NCBI GenBank assembly: GCA_041483195.1
Contig: JBGPFC010000008.1
Location: 64,467 to 128,466 of the forward strand
From: Candidatus Eiseniibacteriota bacterium
GTDB taxonomy: Bacteria; Eisenbacteria; RBG-16-71-46
Length of the DNA: 64,000 nt
Direction of reading: 5' to 3'
This document shows, piece by piece, positions 1 to 8,410 of this stretch. The first letter of the stretch is position 1. Every line of letters begins with the position of its first letter. A model generated the notes under the pieces. The model searched no databases, was not told the origin of the DNA, and saw only the letters and a program-made list of their open reading frames with translations. The translations under genes were made by a program, and so were the position numbers.

Positions 1-19
1 GCCAGCCGGCTCGTCCCGA

Positions 20-505
20 TCAGGCCGGGTCGACCAGGAACAGCTTCTGGCCGAACTCCACCGGATGGGCGTTCTCCACCAGGATCTCGACCACCCGTCC
101 GCGCACTTCCGACTCGATCTCGTTCATGAGCTTCATGGCTTCGATGATGCAGACCGTCTGGCCCACCTCGACCATGCTGCCCACTTCTGCATAGAGATCG
201 GCGTCGGGCGCGGGCGCCCGGTAGAAAGTCCCGACCATCGGAGACGTGATCGCGACGAGCCGCTCGCTTTTCGCGGGAGCCGCGGGGGCGTTCGCGCCCG
301 GGGCGTGCCCCGCTCCTGCCGTCACCGGAGCGGGGGATTGACCGGCCGCGCCCGCGGCCGGAAACGCCACGGATACCGGAGCGCCTGGTTGGGCGGAGAT
401 TCGAACCGCCCTGCCGCCGGAACTGACCTCGATCTCACCGATGCCGGTGCGCTGAACCAGGCGGATGAGCCGACGAAGCTCCGCGAAATCGATGCCGCCT
501 GGCAT
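20..505 (-). CDS. accB: Acetyl-CoA carboxylase biotin carboxyl carrier protein
   Basis: Has ITSPMVGTFY and the EAMKLMNEI biotinylation motif, with an Ala/Pro linker. ATG at 505 chosen; GTG at 601 is an alternative start that adds a basic N-terminus. Confidence 0.95.
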   Translation of the reverse strand: MPGGIDFAELRRLIRLVQRTGIGEIEVSSGGRAVRISAQPGAPVSVAFPAAGAAGQSPAPVTAGAGHAPGANAPAAPAKSERLVAITSPMVGTFYRAPAPDADLYAEVGSMVEVGQTVCIIEAMKLMNEIESEVRGRVVEILVENAHPVEFGQKLFLVDPA

Positions 506-581
506 CGCGCTTCCGGCGTTATCGTCGCGGTTGGGAGTCGACTTGACCGGTTTGCTGGTGCGCGCGGCGCGGCGCGCGCGC

Positions 582-1034
582 TTAGGTCTCGCGGGCGGCA
601 CGGGTGAGGTGCCCCGCCAGCGCCCGAAGCGCCAGCCGGTAGCTGTCGGCGCCGAACCCCTGGATCACGCCCAGGGCGACACCCGACACGGTGGATGCAT
701 GACGGAAGCTCTCTCTCGATTGGGGATTCGACACGTGCACCTCGACCACCGGCAGACCGGCCGCCGCGACCGCATCGCGCAGCGCGACGCTGCCGTGGGT
801 GAGCCCTCCCGGGTTGAGCAGGACGCCGTCGGCGTGCGTCCTGGCATCGTGGAGCGCGTCGATCAACACACCCTCATGGTTGGACTGGCGACAGGTGACC
901 TCGCAGCCGAGCTCCGCGCCGAGACTCTGAAGTCCGCGATCGATGCTCTCCAGCGTGGTGTGGCCGTACACTTCCGGCTCGCGGGTACCCAAGGCGTTGA
1001 GATTGGGGCCGTGCAGGACGAGGATGCGGGGCAT
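582..1034 (-). CDS. aroQ: Type II 3-dehydroquinate dehydratase
   Basis: [31 protein letters not shown] and EVHVSN motifs. Confidence 0.97.
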   Translation of the reverse strand: MPRILVLHGPNLNALGTREPEVYGHTTLESIDRGLQSLGAELGCEVTCRQSNHEGVLIDALHDARTHADGVLLNPGGLTHGSVALRDAVAAAGLPVVEVHVSNPQSRESFRHASTVSGVALGVIQGFGADSYRLALRALAGHLTRAARET

Positions 1035-1060
1035 CGAGCCTCGACGATCGCCGCGCCCGC

Positions 1061-2164
1061 TCAGGCGCAGGCGCCAGCTTCAAGCAGCGCCGCCTGCACG
1101 AGGCGGCCGGATATCAGGCGCGGCACGCTAGCATGGCCCACCCGAGGCGTCAACACCCAGCGCACTCCCGAAGCGCTTCGCTTCTTGTCCTGTCGCATCG
1201 CGGCCAGCAGGCGGGACAGCGGCGTCGGCGGCATGCGGCGTGGAAGCCCGAGCGCATCGAGCACAGCTTCGAGCCTCGCACGCGCGGCGGGATCGAGGCC
1301 GGCCACGCGCACCGAGAGTGCGGCGGCGACTCGCATCCCGATCGCGACCGCCTCGCCGTGCAGCGGTCCGCGGTAGTCCCGGCTGGCTTCGATGGCGTGT
1401 CCCAGCGTGTGCCCGAAGTTCAAGGCCGTCCGCCCGCCGCGCCGGCGTTCGTGCTCGTCCCGCCGCACGACGCGGGCCTTCGCGCGGATGGCGCGTTCGA
1501 TCGCGCCAGCGAGCGCGTCGGGCTCTCCCGCCGCGAGCGCGACGAGATGCCGCTCGATCCAGGCGAACAGGCGCGGGTCCACCGCCATGCCGGCCTTCAC
1601 GACCTCCGCGAGACCCGCGCGGCGCTGCCGCGCCGGTAGCGTGGCGAGCAGGTGCGGATCCACCAGCACCCCGACCGGCTGGTGAAACGCGCCCGCCAGA
1701 TTCTTCCCGGCGGGGAGATCGACCGCGGTCTTCCCCCCGACGCTGCTGTCCACCTGTGCGAGCAGGGTGGTCGGCAGGGCGATCCAGTCCACGCCCCGCA
1801 GGTAGGTCGCGGCCGCGAACCCGGCGAGATCGCCGATCACGCCGCCGCCGAGCGCGACGATCGCGTCCTCGCGATCGAGACCCAGCTCCGTGAGGCGGTC
1901 CCAGAGGCGCGCCAGCTGCGCCGATCCCTTGGTGCGCTCCCCGGGCGCGAGCACGATCGCGGTCGCCGTGAGTCCCGCGCCCCGGAGCGACCGCAGCGCC
2001 CGCCCCGCGTGGAGCCGCGCGACGTTGCGATCGCTCACCACCGCGAATCTCCGCGCGCGCGTGACGAGTCGCGCGAACGACCCGAGCCGGACGAGCCCGC
2101 CGGGATCGATGCGCAGACGCGAACGCCGGGACGCGGACGGATATCGGATGACGAGATCGGCCAT
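1061..2164 (-). CDS. aroB: 3-dehydroquinate synthase
   Basis: [41 protein letters not shown] and HGEAVAIGM motifs. Start trimmed to ATG 2164. Confidence 0.96.
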   Translation of the reverse strand: MADLVIRYPSASRRSRLRIDPGGLVRLGSFARLVTRARRFAVVSDRNVARLHAGRALRSLRGAGLTATAIVLAPGERTKGSAQLARLWDRLTELGLDREDAIVALGGGVIGDLAGFAAATYLRGVDWIALPTTLLAQVDSSVGGKTAVDLPAGKNLAGAFHQPVGVLVDPHLLATLPARQRRAGLAEVVKAGMAVDPRLFAWIERHLVALAAGEPDALAGAIERAIRAKARVVRRDEHERRRGGRTALNFGHTLGHAIEASRDYRGPLHGEAVAIGMRVAAALSVRVAGLDPAARARLEAVLDALGLPRRMPPTPLSRLLAAMRQDKKRSASGVRWVLTPRVGHASVPRLISGRLVQAALLEAGACA

Positions 2165-2205
2165 CGGCGCACTATACACAACCGGTTGCCGCGCGGGATC
2201 GCGCG

Positions 2206-3417
2206 CTACGGGCGCGACGGCGGAGCGGGCGGGGTCTTGAGTTGCTGGAGCTCCCGGTGGAGGCGCTGGATCTGCCGCTCGATCTCGGCGATGCGGCTCG
2301 GAGTGGGCTTCGAGTCGGCGGGAGCCACCGCCTCCGCCGCCCACTGCGGCATGGAATGCGGGGACTCGCCGAGCACGGCGCGGCCGACGTGCTGGATTTC
2401 GTCCCGCACCCAGACGAGATCGACGGTCGTGCCGGGCGGCGTGGATGCGACCCAGCGCGCGAGCTGGCCCGGGTACTCGACGCGCTCCCGGTCGAATCCC
2501 ACGATGAGGTCGCCGCGCCGGAGCGCGAGCCGGGCGGCAGGCCCCGCGGGTTCGACGGTCTCGACGAGCGCGCCGATCGGCACGCTCAGGCCCGCCTCGG
2601 TCTCGCTCTGGACGCTCGCGCCACTGGTGCTCACGCCCAGGTATCCGTGGTGCACGCGTCCGTCGCGCCTGAGGCTCTCGTACACCGGACGCACGTTCTC
2701 GACGGGCAGCACGAAGCTCATGCCCGCGGGGCGTCGCTCGCCATCGGGCGCGGCGCCGGCGCCGGGCACGCCGAGCTCGCCCTGGATGATGCCGACCAGC
2801 TCGCCCCGCGTGTTGAGCGCGGCGCCCCCGCTATTGCCCGGATAGACGGTGTTGGTGAGCTGCAGCAGCGCCATCCGCGGCTCGGGATAGCGATACGCGA
2901 CGTACCCGACGGACTGCGTGGGCTGCGCGCGGTACGAGGTCCCGAGCGCGATCGCCCAGTCACCCACCTGGGGCGGGCGCTCCTCCGCGAACCGAATCGG
3001 CGGAAGGCGGAGCTGGGGCACGCGGAGCAGCGCGAGATTGAACACCGGATCGACCCCGACGATGTCGGCGTCCACCTGAAGCCCGTTCACGCTGCGCACC
3101 AGGACCCGATCCGCGCCCAGCACCACGCTCGCGGTGGTGAGGATCAGGTTCTCGTCGACGGCGACGCCCGATCCGACGCGGGTGTGCAACCGTTGCTCGG
3201 CACCGTGGGTGCGCGAGGCGGCCACCGCGACCGCCCGTTGCGCGAAGACGGAGACCACCGAGGCGCGTGCGGCGAGGGTGATCTGATCGACGTCGGTCTG
3301 AAGCGCGGAAAGAGCGCCCTGCGCGAATCCGGGCGCGGCATACACCAGCCCGATCCCGAGGCACAGAGACGCCAGCGTGCGGCGCACCGGCGTCACCCAG
3401 CGGAACCGGCGTCGCAT
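2206..3417 (-). CDS. HtrA/DegS-like trypsin-fold + PDZ exported protein, apparently lacking catalytic His and Asp
   Basis: Signal peptide, GSGV, PGNSGG, PDZ domain (GYLGVS...GPAARLALRRGDLIV) and a C-terminal coiled coil. Reads TTASVV in place of TNxHVV. Confidence 0.88.
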   Translation of the reverse strand: MRRRFRWVTPVRRTLASLCLGIGLVYAAPGFAQGALSALQTDVDQITLAARASVVSVFAQRAVAVAASRTHGAEQRLHTRVGSGVAVDENLILTTASVVLGADRVLVRSVNGLQVDADIVGVDPVFNLALLRVPQLRLPPIRFAEERPPQVGDWAIALGTSYRAQPTQSVGYVAYRYPEPRMALLQLTNTVYPGNSGGAALNTRGELVGIIQGELGVPGAGAAPDGERRPAGMSFVLPVENVRPVYESLRRDGRVHHGYLGVSTSGASVQSETEAGLSVPIGALVETVEPAGPAARLALRRGDLIVGFDRERVEYPGQLARWVASTPPGTTVDLVWVRDEIQHVGRAVLGESPHSMPQWAAEAVAPADSKPTPSRIAEIERQIQRLHRELQQLKTPPAPPSRP

Positions 3418-3428
3418 GCGATGGCTCC

Positions 3429-4052
3429 TCAGAACGAGATCACGGCCTTCTCGCCCTGCACGCCATTCGGCGATCGCGACACCGTCGCACGGCCGCGATG
3501 AAGCGTCACGGGGTCGAGGATGAATTCGACGTCCTCGCTGTGATCGAAGAGGCTGTCGGAGATTGCGGCGCCCGACGCGTTCGCCAACAGCTGGCGGCCG
3601 GCCGCGGGCGCGCTCTGATCAAGCCGCGCGGAACCACGCGCGGCGACCGGGCTCACGATCTCGGGCTCGCGCAGCGCCCGCACGGAATTCCCGGTGGGGA
3701 GGGTGCGGTGGCCACGCGGCAACGCGCCGAGCCATGGGAGGACGAGCGACACCACGAGGGCCGCGAGCGCGGCGGCCGCCGTGATCGAGACCCAGTGCGG
3801 GCTCGCGGCCGGGAAGCGATCGGGCGCCGGAGCCACGCGCCGCGTGCGCGCCAGCACCCGGTCGAGCAGATCGGGGGCGGCTTCGAGGCGGGGCAGTGCG
3901 CCCGCGATCTCGACCGCCCGCGAGAATTCCTCGTACTCCTGCCGGCACGGGACGCATGCGCCGAGGTGCGCTTCCAGCCACTCGCGCTCGGCCTGCGTGG
4001 TCTCGTCGTCCCAGTAGGATCCAAACAGCCGCCGGGCCTGCCCGCATTTCAT
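3429..4052 (-). CDS. Zinc-binding (zf-HC2/ZAS) transmembrane anti-sigma factor
   Basis: N-terminal MKC...HLGACVPC (HxxxCxxC) and one TM helix. The start overlaps the sigma factor stop. Confidence 0.9.
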   Translation of the reverse strand: MKCGQARRLFGSYWDDETTQAEREWLEAHLGACVPCRQEYEEFSRAVEIAGALPRLEAAPDLLDRVLARTRRVAPAPDRFPAASPHWVSITAAAALAALVVSLVLPWLGALPRGHRTLPTGNSVRALREPEIVSPVAARGSARLDQSAPAAGRQLLANASGAAISDSLFDHSEDVEFILDPVTLHRGRATVSRSPNGVQGEKAVISF

Positions 4053-4684
4053 GAGGAACCTTCCCGTCGAAGCAGCGGTTGAAGTTTTCGCTTCAGCATG
4101 CTCCGCGCACGGTTGATGCGCGAGCGCACCGTGCCGCCCGGAATGCTGAGCACCTGTGCAATCTCCTCGTACGGCAACCCCTCGATATCGCGCAGCACCA
4201 GCGCCAGCCGGTATTTCTCCGGCACCGTCGCGATCGCGAGCCCCATCGCCTCCTGCAGCTGCTCGCGCTCCATCCGGCTCTCGCGGCCCTCGGTCGGATC
4301 CGCCAGCTGAATCGCGCTGTCCTTGAGCGCCTCCTGGAGTGCGTCCAGGCTGAACCAGTTGCGTCTTCGTACTCGCCGGCGAATCTCGTTCTTCGCGAGG
4401 TTCGCCGCGATCGTGAAGAGCCACGTCGAGAACTTGGAGCCGCGCCGGTAGTTTCTCCGGTGGACGAACACACGCACGAACACCTCCTGCGTGATGTCGT
4501 CTCCGCATTCGCGATCGTTCAGCACCCGGCCCACCAGGTTGATGACGCGACCTTGAAAGCGGCGGACCAACTCCGAGAACGCGCGCTCGTCATCCTCCGC
4601 GACGCGTCCCATGAGATCCTCGTCGGAGAGGCTCAGGATGGTCGGTGCGGCGGTATCACGATCGGGCGCCACGGGCTCAGTCAC
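4049..4684 (-). CDS. ECF RNA polymerase sigma factor (RpoE/SigW-like)
   Basis: DDITQEVFVRVF, FSTWLFTIAAN and YEEIAQVLSIPGGTVRSRINRAR motifs. Confidence 0.95.
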   Translation of the reverse strand: MTEPVAPDRDTAAPTILSLSDEDLMGRVAEDDERAFSELVRRFQGRVINLVGRVLNDRECGDDITQEVFVRVFVHRRNYRRGSKFSTWLFTIAANLAKNEIRRRVRRRNWFSLDALQEALKDSAIQLADPTEGRESRMEREQLQEAMGLAIATVPEKYRLALVLRDIEGLPYEEIAQVLSIPGGTVRSRINRARSMLKRKLQPLLRREGSS

Positions 4685-4692
4685 CCTCGTGT

Positions 4693-4720
4693 GCTACCCC
4701 GGGGAGCGGGGGCAGTTCCA
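4693..4720 (-). promoter_or_regulatory. Putative ECF (autoregulatory) promoter
   Basis: Minus strand reads GGAAC-N17-GTAG just upstream of the sigma factor GTG start. Confidence 0.5.
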
Positions 4721-4725
4721 CGGCG

Positions 4726-6396
4726 TTAGGGAAGGCCATCGAGCTTCGATCTCACCCGGAGATTGCCGTGATCCGCGGCCAGGCTCCGGCGGTACTGATC
4801 GCGGGCCAACTCGATGAGGCGCATGTCTTTGTAGACATCTCCCAGGTGCTCGTACACGACCGGGTCTCCCCCGCTCAGTCGGATCGCGCGCTCCAGCTCG
4901 CGCCGCGCGTCCTCGAGACGACCGAGCCGATAGTAGACCCATCCCATCGAGTCCACGTATGCCCCGTTGTCCGGCTCCCGCTCCACGGCCCGCCGGATGA
5001 GCGCCTCGGCCTCGGGAAGATCGCGATCGTGATCGGCGAGCAGGTAGCCGAGAAAATTGAGCGCAGAGGGACTGTCGGGCCTGGCTGCGAGCACATCGCG
5101 CGCCGCCCGCTCCGCACCCGCGAGGTCACCGAGTTGCTCGCGACAGTACGAGAGATCGAGCCCGATCTCGACTTCGGCGGGAAAACGGCGCAAAGTTTCG
5201 CTCCAGATCTGGGACGCCTCGGGGAAGTGCTTCTGCGTCTGCTCGATCCGCCCGAGCAGCAGCCGTGGCCCGAGCGAGTCGGGGGCCATCTCGATCGCGC
5301 GTCGCGCCGCCGCCAGTGCCGGCTCATTCTCTGCCGCCACCGCATGGGCCCGCGCCAGGAGCATCGGCCCCCGGTAGTCGTTCGGATGGCGTCGCGACCA
5401 GCCGTCGGCGAGCTGGACCGACTCGCGATTCCGCCGGTTCCGGGCCAGCACGTCGAGACGCCGGTCCAGATTCTCGGGATCGTCCGGCCCCAGCCGCGCG
5501 ATGCGGTCGAGCAGCTGAAATCCCTCGGTCGATCGACCGAGCCTGAGCGCGAGATCGGCCTCGACGGCCAGTGCGTCAGCATCCTCGGGTCGCGCGCGCG
5601 TCACCCGCTGGGACTCCCGGTAGGCGTCCGCGAAGCGCTTCTCGTCGATCAGGAGCGCCACGAGCCGCTGGCGCGTCGCATCATCGCCATCGTGGATCTT
5701 CAGGTGGCGCTGATACAGATCGATCGCCTCGCGCGGATGGCCGAGGCCCTCTTCGATCCAGCCCTGCAGGAAGAGAACCCCGGGACGGAGCGGATTGCCT
5801 GCGGCCGCCTGGGTGAGCGCCGACTTCGCGGCCGCGAAACGCCCCAGGCGCGCCTCGGCCGCCGCGAGTTGGAACCAGGACTCGCCGTCCTCCTCGTCGA
5901 GCGCGACGATGCGACGGTAGGCCCTGGCCACCACGTCGAATCGATCCAGTTCTTCGCCAATCCGGCCGAGCGTCTTGAGATATTCGACGTGATCGGAGTC
6001 GGCGGCGACCGCGGCTTCCAGCGCGTCCAGCGCCTCAGCCGAACGGCCCAGATTGAAGAGCGCGGAGCCTTCGAGCCACAGCGCGCGCGGGTCTCGCGCA
6101 TCGATCGTCAGCGCTCGCTGTGCGAACTCGAGCGAACCCGACGCGTCACCCAGCCGCGCGGCCGTCTCGCTCAATCGTCGCGCAGTCGCGATGGATCGCG
6201 GGTCGAGAGAGAGGGCACGATAGTACTCGCCCAGCGCATCGGTCCCGGCGCCACGCTCTTCGAGCAGCCGGCCCTGCGCGTATCGGCGCAGGGCCTCCTC
6301 GCTCGGAAACTGTGACGCCGCGGCGGCGGTGTCGCCGCCGGGCGCGGGGCTGGTGGTCGCGGCGCTGACCAACAGGCTGAGTGCGATATGCCACAT
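4726..6396 (-). CDS. Exported tetratricopeptide-repeat protein
   Basis: Signal peptide and many TPRs; ALNFLGYLLAD...YVDSMGWVYY...EHLGDVY C-terminus typical of envelope TPR proteins. Confidence 0.9.
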   Translation of the reverse strand: MWHIALSLLVSAATTSPAPGGDTAAAASQFPSEEALRRYAQGRLLEERGAGTDALGEYYRALSLDPRSIATARRLSETAARLGDASGSLEFAQRALTIDARDPRALWLEGSALFNLGRSAEALDALEAAVAADSDHVEYLKTLGRIGEELDRFDVVARAYRRIVALDEEDGESWFQLAAAEARLGRFAAAKSALTQAAAGNPLRPGVLFLQGWIEEGLGHPREAIDLYQRHLKIHDGDDATRQRLVALLIDEKRFADAYRESQRVTRARPEDADALAVEADLALRLGRSTEGFQLLDRIARLGPDDPENLDRRLDVLARNRRNRESVQLADGWSRRHPNDYRGPMLLARAHAVAAENEPALAAARRAIEMAPDSLGPRLLLGRIEQTQKHFPEASQIWSETLRRFPAEVEIGLDLSYCREQLGDLAGAERAARDVLAARPDSPSALNFLGYLLADHDRDLPEAEALIRRAVEREPDNGAYVDSMGWVYYRLGRLEDARRELERAIRLSGGDPVVYEHLGDVYKDMRLIELARDQYRRSLAADHGNLRVRSKLDGLP

Positions 6397-6552
6397 CGCA
6401 TCGAGGGTAACACGCGCCGCGTTCGCGCCGGAAGCGGCACGGCTGGTTCGCGCGCCCGAGACTCTGATGAGTGGAAAAGTTCTGCCATGACGAGAATTCG
6501 CGAAGGTGGTATGAATGGACGGGACGTCCCCTCGGGTCGCAGGCAGGTGGCC

Positions 6553-7959
6553 ATGCAAACCTCAGAGCCCCAGGCGCGCATTCTCGTCGTCGACGACGAG
6601 CCGCAGACCGCGGTCGCCATCGAGCGGATGGTCGCGCACTTCGGTCACGATGTGGTGGGAGCCGACTCCGCGGAAGCCGCGATCCGTCACTTCACCGGGT
6701 CGTCGATCGACGTCGTGCTCACCGATCTCAACCTGGGACGAACCGACGGACTCGAATTGCTCCGCCGCATGCAGGAGCACGATCCCACCGTCCCGGTCGT
6801 GCTCATTACGGGGTACGCCACCGCGAATTCGGCCATGGAGGCGATTCAGGCCGGCGCCTACGACTACCTTCCCAAGCCCCCCACGCTCGAAGCGATTGGC
6901 GCGCTGCTCCGGCGTGCGATCGAGAAGAAACGAAACACCGAGGCGAATCGGCGGAGCGAGCTGGTTCCCGAAGTGCCCGGTCTGCTCGACGAGATCGTCT
7001 CGGGCAAGTCATCCCGCATGCTCGACGTCTACAAGGTGGTCGCGCGGGTTGCCATGGCCCGAAGCAGCGTGCTCATCCTCGGGGAAAGCGGAACCGGGAA
7101 GGAGCTGGTCGCGCGCGCCCTCCATCGCAGGAGCCCGCGCGCCGACCGCGACTTCGTCCCGGTCAACGTCTCGGCGATCCCGGAAGGGCTGCTGGAGAGT
7201 GAACTGTTCGGACACGTGCGGGGAGCCTTCACCGGCGCATCGTCCTCGCGCCGCGGCCTCTTCGATCAGGCCCACCTCGGCACGCTGTTCCTGGACGAGA
7301 TCGGCGATCTCACCATCACGTTGCAGGCCAAGCTGCTGCGCGTGCTCCAGGAGCATCGCTTCAAGCCGGTCGGCAGCAACGAGGAAACGGAAGTGGACGT
7401 GCGCGTGGTCGGCGCGACCCATCGCAATCTCGAGGAGATGGTGCGGCTGGGGCGGTTTCGCGAGGATCTCTATTACCGGCTCAACGTGGTGTCGGTCTCG
7501 CTCCCGCCGCTGCGCGAACGGCGCGAGGACATTCCGATCCTGATCGAGCATTTCCTGCGCAAGTACTCGCAACAGACCGGGCGGCCCGCACCCGGAGTGT
7601 CGCCCGAGGCGATGCGCCGCGCGATGGACTTCCCATGGCCCGGCAACGTCCGCCAACTCGAAAACGTGATCGAGCGCGCGGTGGTGCTCTCCACACAGGG
7701 AGTGATCGGACCCGAGGCCATGCCGCCGCGCCTGCCCTGGAGCGGCGGAGCGATCGCGGTGGATCGGGCCGAATTTCCGAGCCTCGACGAGATCATCCAG
7801 CGCTACGTCGAGGAGGTGCTCGCTCACACCGGGGGCAATCGTACGCGCGCGGCCATGATTCTCGGCATCTCCCGGCGCACGCTCCACAGGATGGCAGAGC
7901 GCGAGCGTCAGGGGGCCACGCGTGGCAGCGACGACTTGACCCACATCGGGCAAGACTGA
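6553..7959 (+). CDS. Sigma54-dependent response regulator (NtrC/AtoC family: REC, AAA+, Fis HTH)
   Basis: ILVVDDE, GESGTGKE, intact GAFTGA, LFLDEIG, WPGNVRQLEN and GNRTRAAMILGISRRTL motifs. Confidence 0.96.
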   Translation: MQTSEPQARILVVDDEPQTAVAIERMVAHFGHDVVGADSAEAAIRHFTGSSIDVVLTDLNLGRTDGLELLRRMQEHDPTVPVVLITGYATANSAMEAIQAGAYDYLPKPPTLEAIGALLRRAIEKKRNTEANRRSELVPEVPGLLDEIVSGKSSRMLDVYKVVARVAMARSSVLILGESGTGKELVARALHRRSPRADRDFVPVNVSAIPEGLLESELFGHVRGAFTGASSSRRGLFDQAHLGTLFLDEIGDLTITLQAKLLRVLQEHRFKPVGSNEETEVDVRVVGATHRNLEEMVRLGRFREDLYYRLNVVSVSLPPLRERREDIPILIEHFLRKYSQQTGRPAPGVSPEAMRRAMDFPWPGNVRQLENVIERAVVLSTQGVIGPEAMPPRLPWSGGAIAVDRAEFPSLDEIIQRYVEEVLAHTGGNRTRAAMILGISRRTLHRMAERERQGATRGSDDLTHIGQD

Positions 7960-8140
7960 CGCTCAAGTTCCAACACTCTCCTGCTACCCAAGTTGTAGCG
8001 GCACCCGCGCCGGGCTGGGACATTTCGGCGCTGCGACGCCAGACGACACGGCCCGCCCGGGAATAGATTGGCCGAGCGCGAGTCCCGCAACCCTTTACCA
8101 TACGAAACGATGAGAACTACGGCCTGCGATTCTCCATCGC

Positions 8141-8156
8141 TGGCATGTGAGTTGCG
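8141..8156 (+). promoter_or_regulatory. Sigma54 -24/-12 promoter
   Basis: TGGCATGTGAGTTGC: GG-N10-GC, close to the TGGCACG-N4-TTGC consensus, about 180 bp downstream of a sigma54 activator gene. Confidence 0.75.
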
Positions 8157-8166
8157 GCTATCTTCT

Positions 8167-8387
8167 CTATGGGGTGGACAGTCTTCCCCGCATGGACGCG
8201 GGTACGTTTGGCAACCGAGCAGACGCCGCATGAGAAGTTGGGGCCACAGACCGAGGCGCGGCGGCGCGCAGGTTGCGATTGTCTGTCGTCACCGTGTGAG
8301 GGGCACGGAGAATCCGAGGGGCCTGTCCCGATCGCGTGTGGCGGCAGTTTGGGAGCGGGGGGCGAGTGCCCCCCGCTTCATTTTCTT
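8167..8387 (+). ncRNA. Putative sigma54-dependent small RNA
   Basis: Bounded by the sigma54 promoter and a plus-strand intrinsic terminator. Contains several complementary segments and no convincing ORF. Confidence 0.6.
8352..8387 (+). terminator. Rho-independent terminator
   Basis: GGAGCGGGGGGC-GAGT-GCCCCCCGCTTC followed by ATTTTCTT. The U-tract is on the plus strand only. Confidence 0.85.
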
Positions 8388-8410
8388 GTGACCCTCGGCC
8401 GCTCCGCGAG

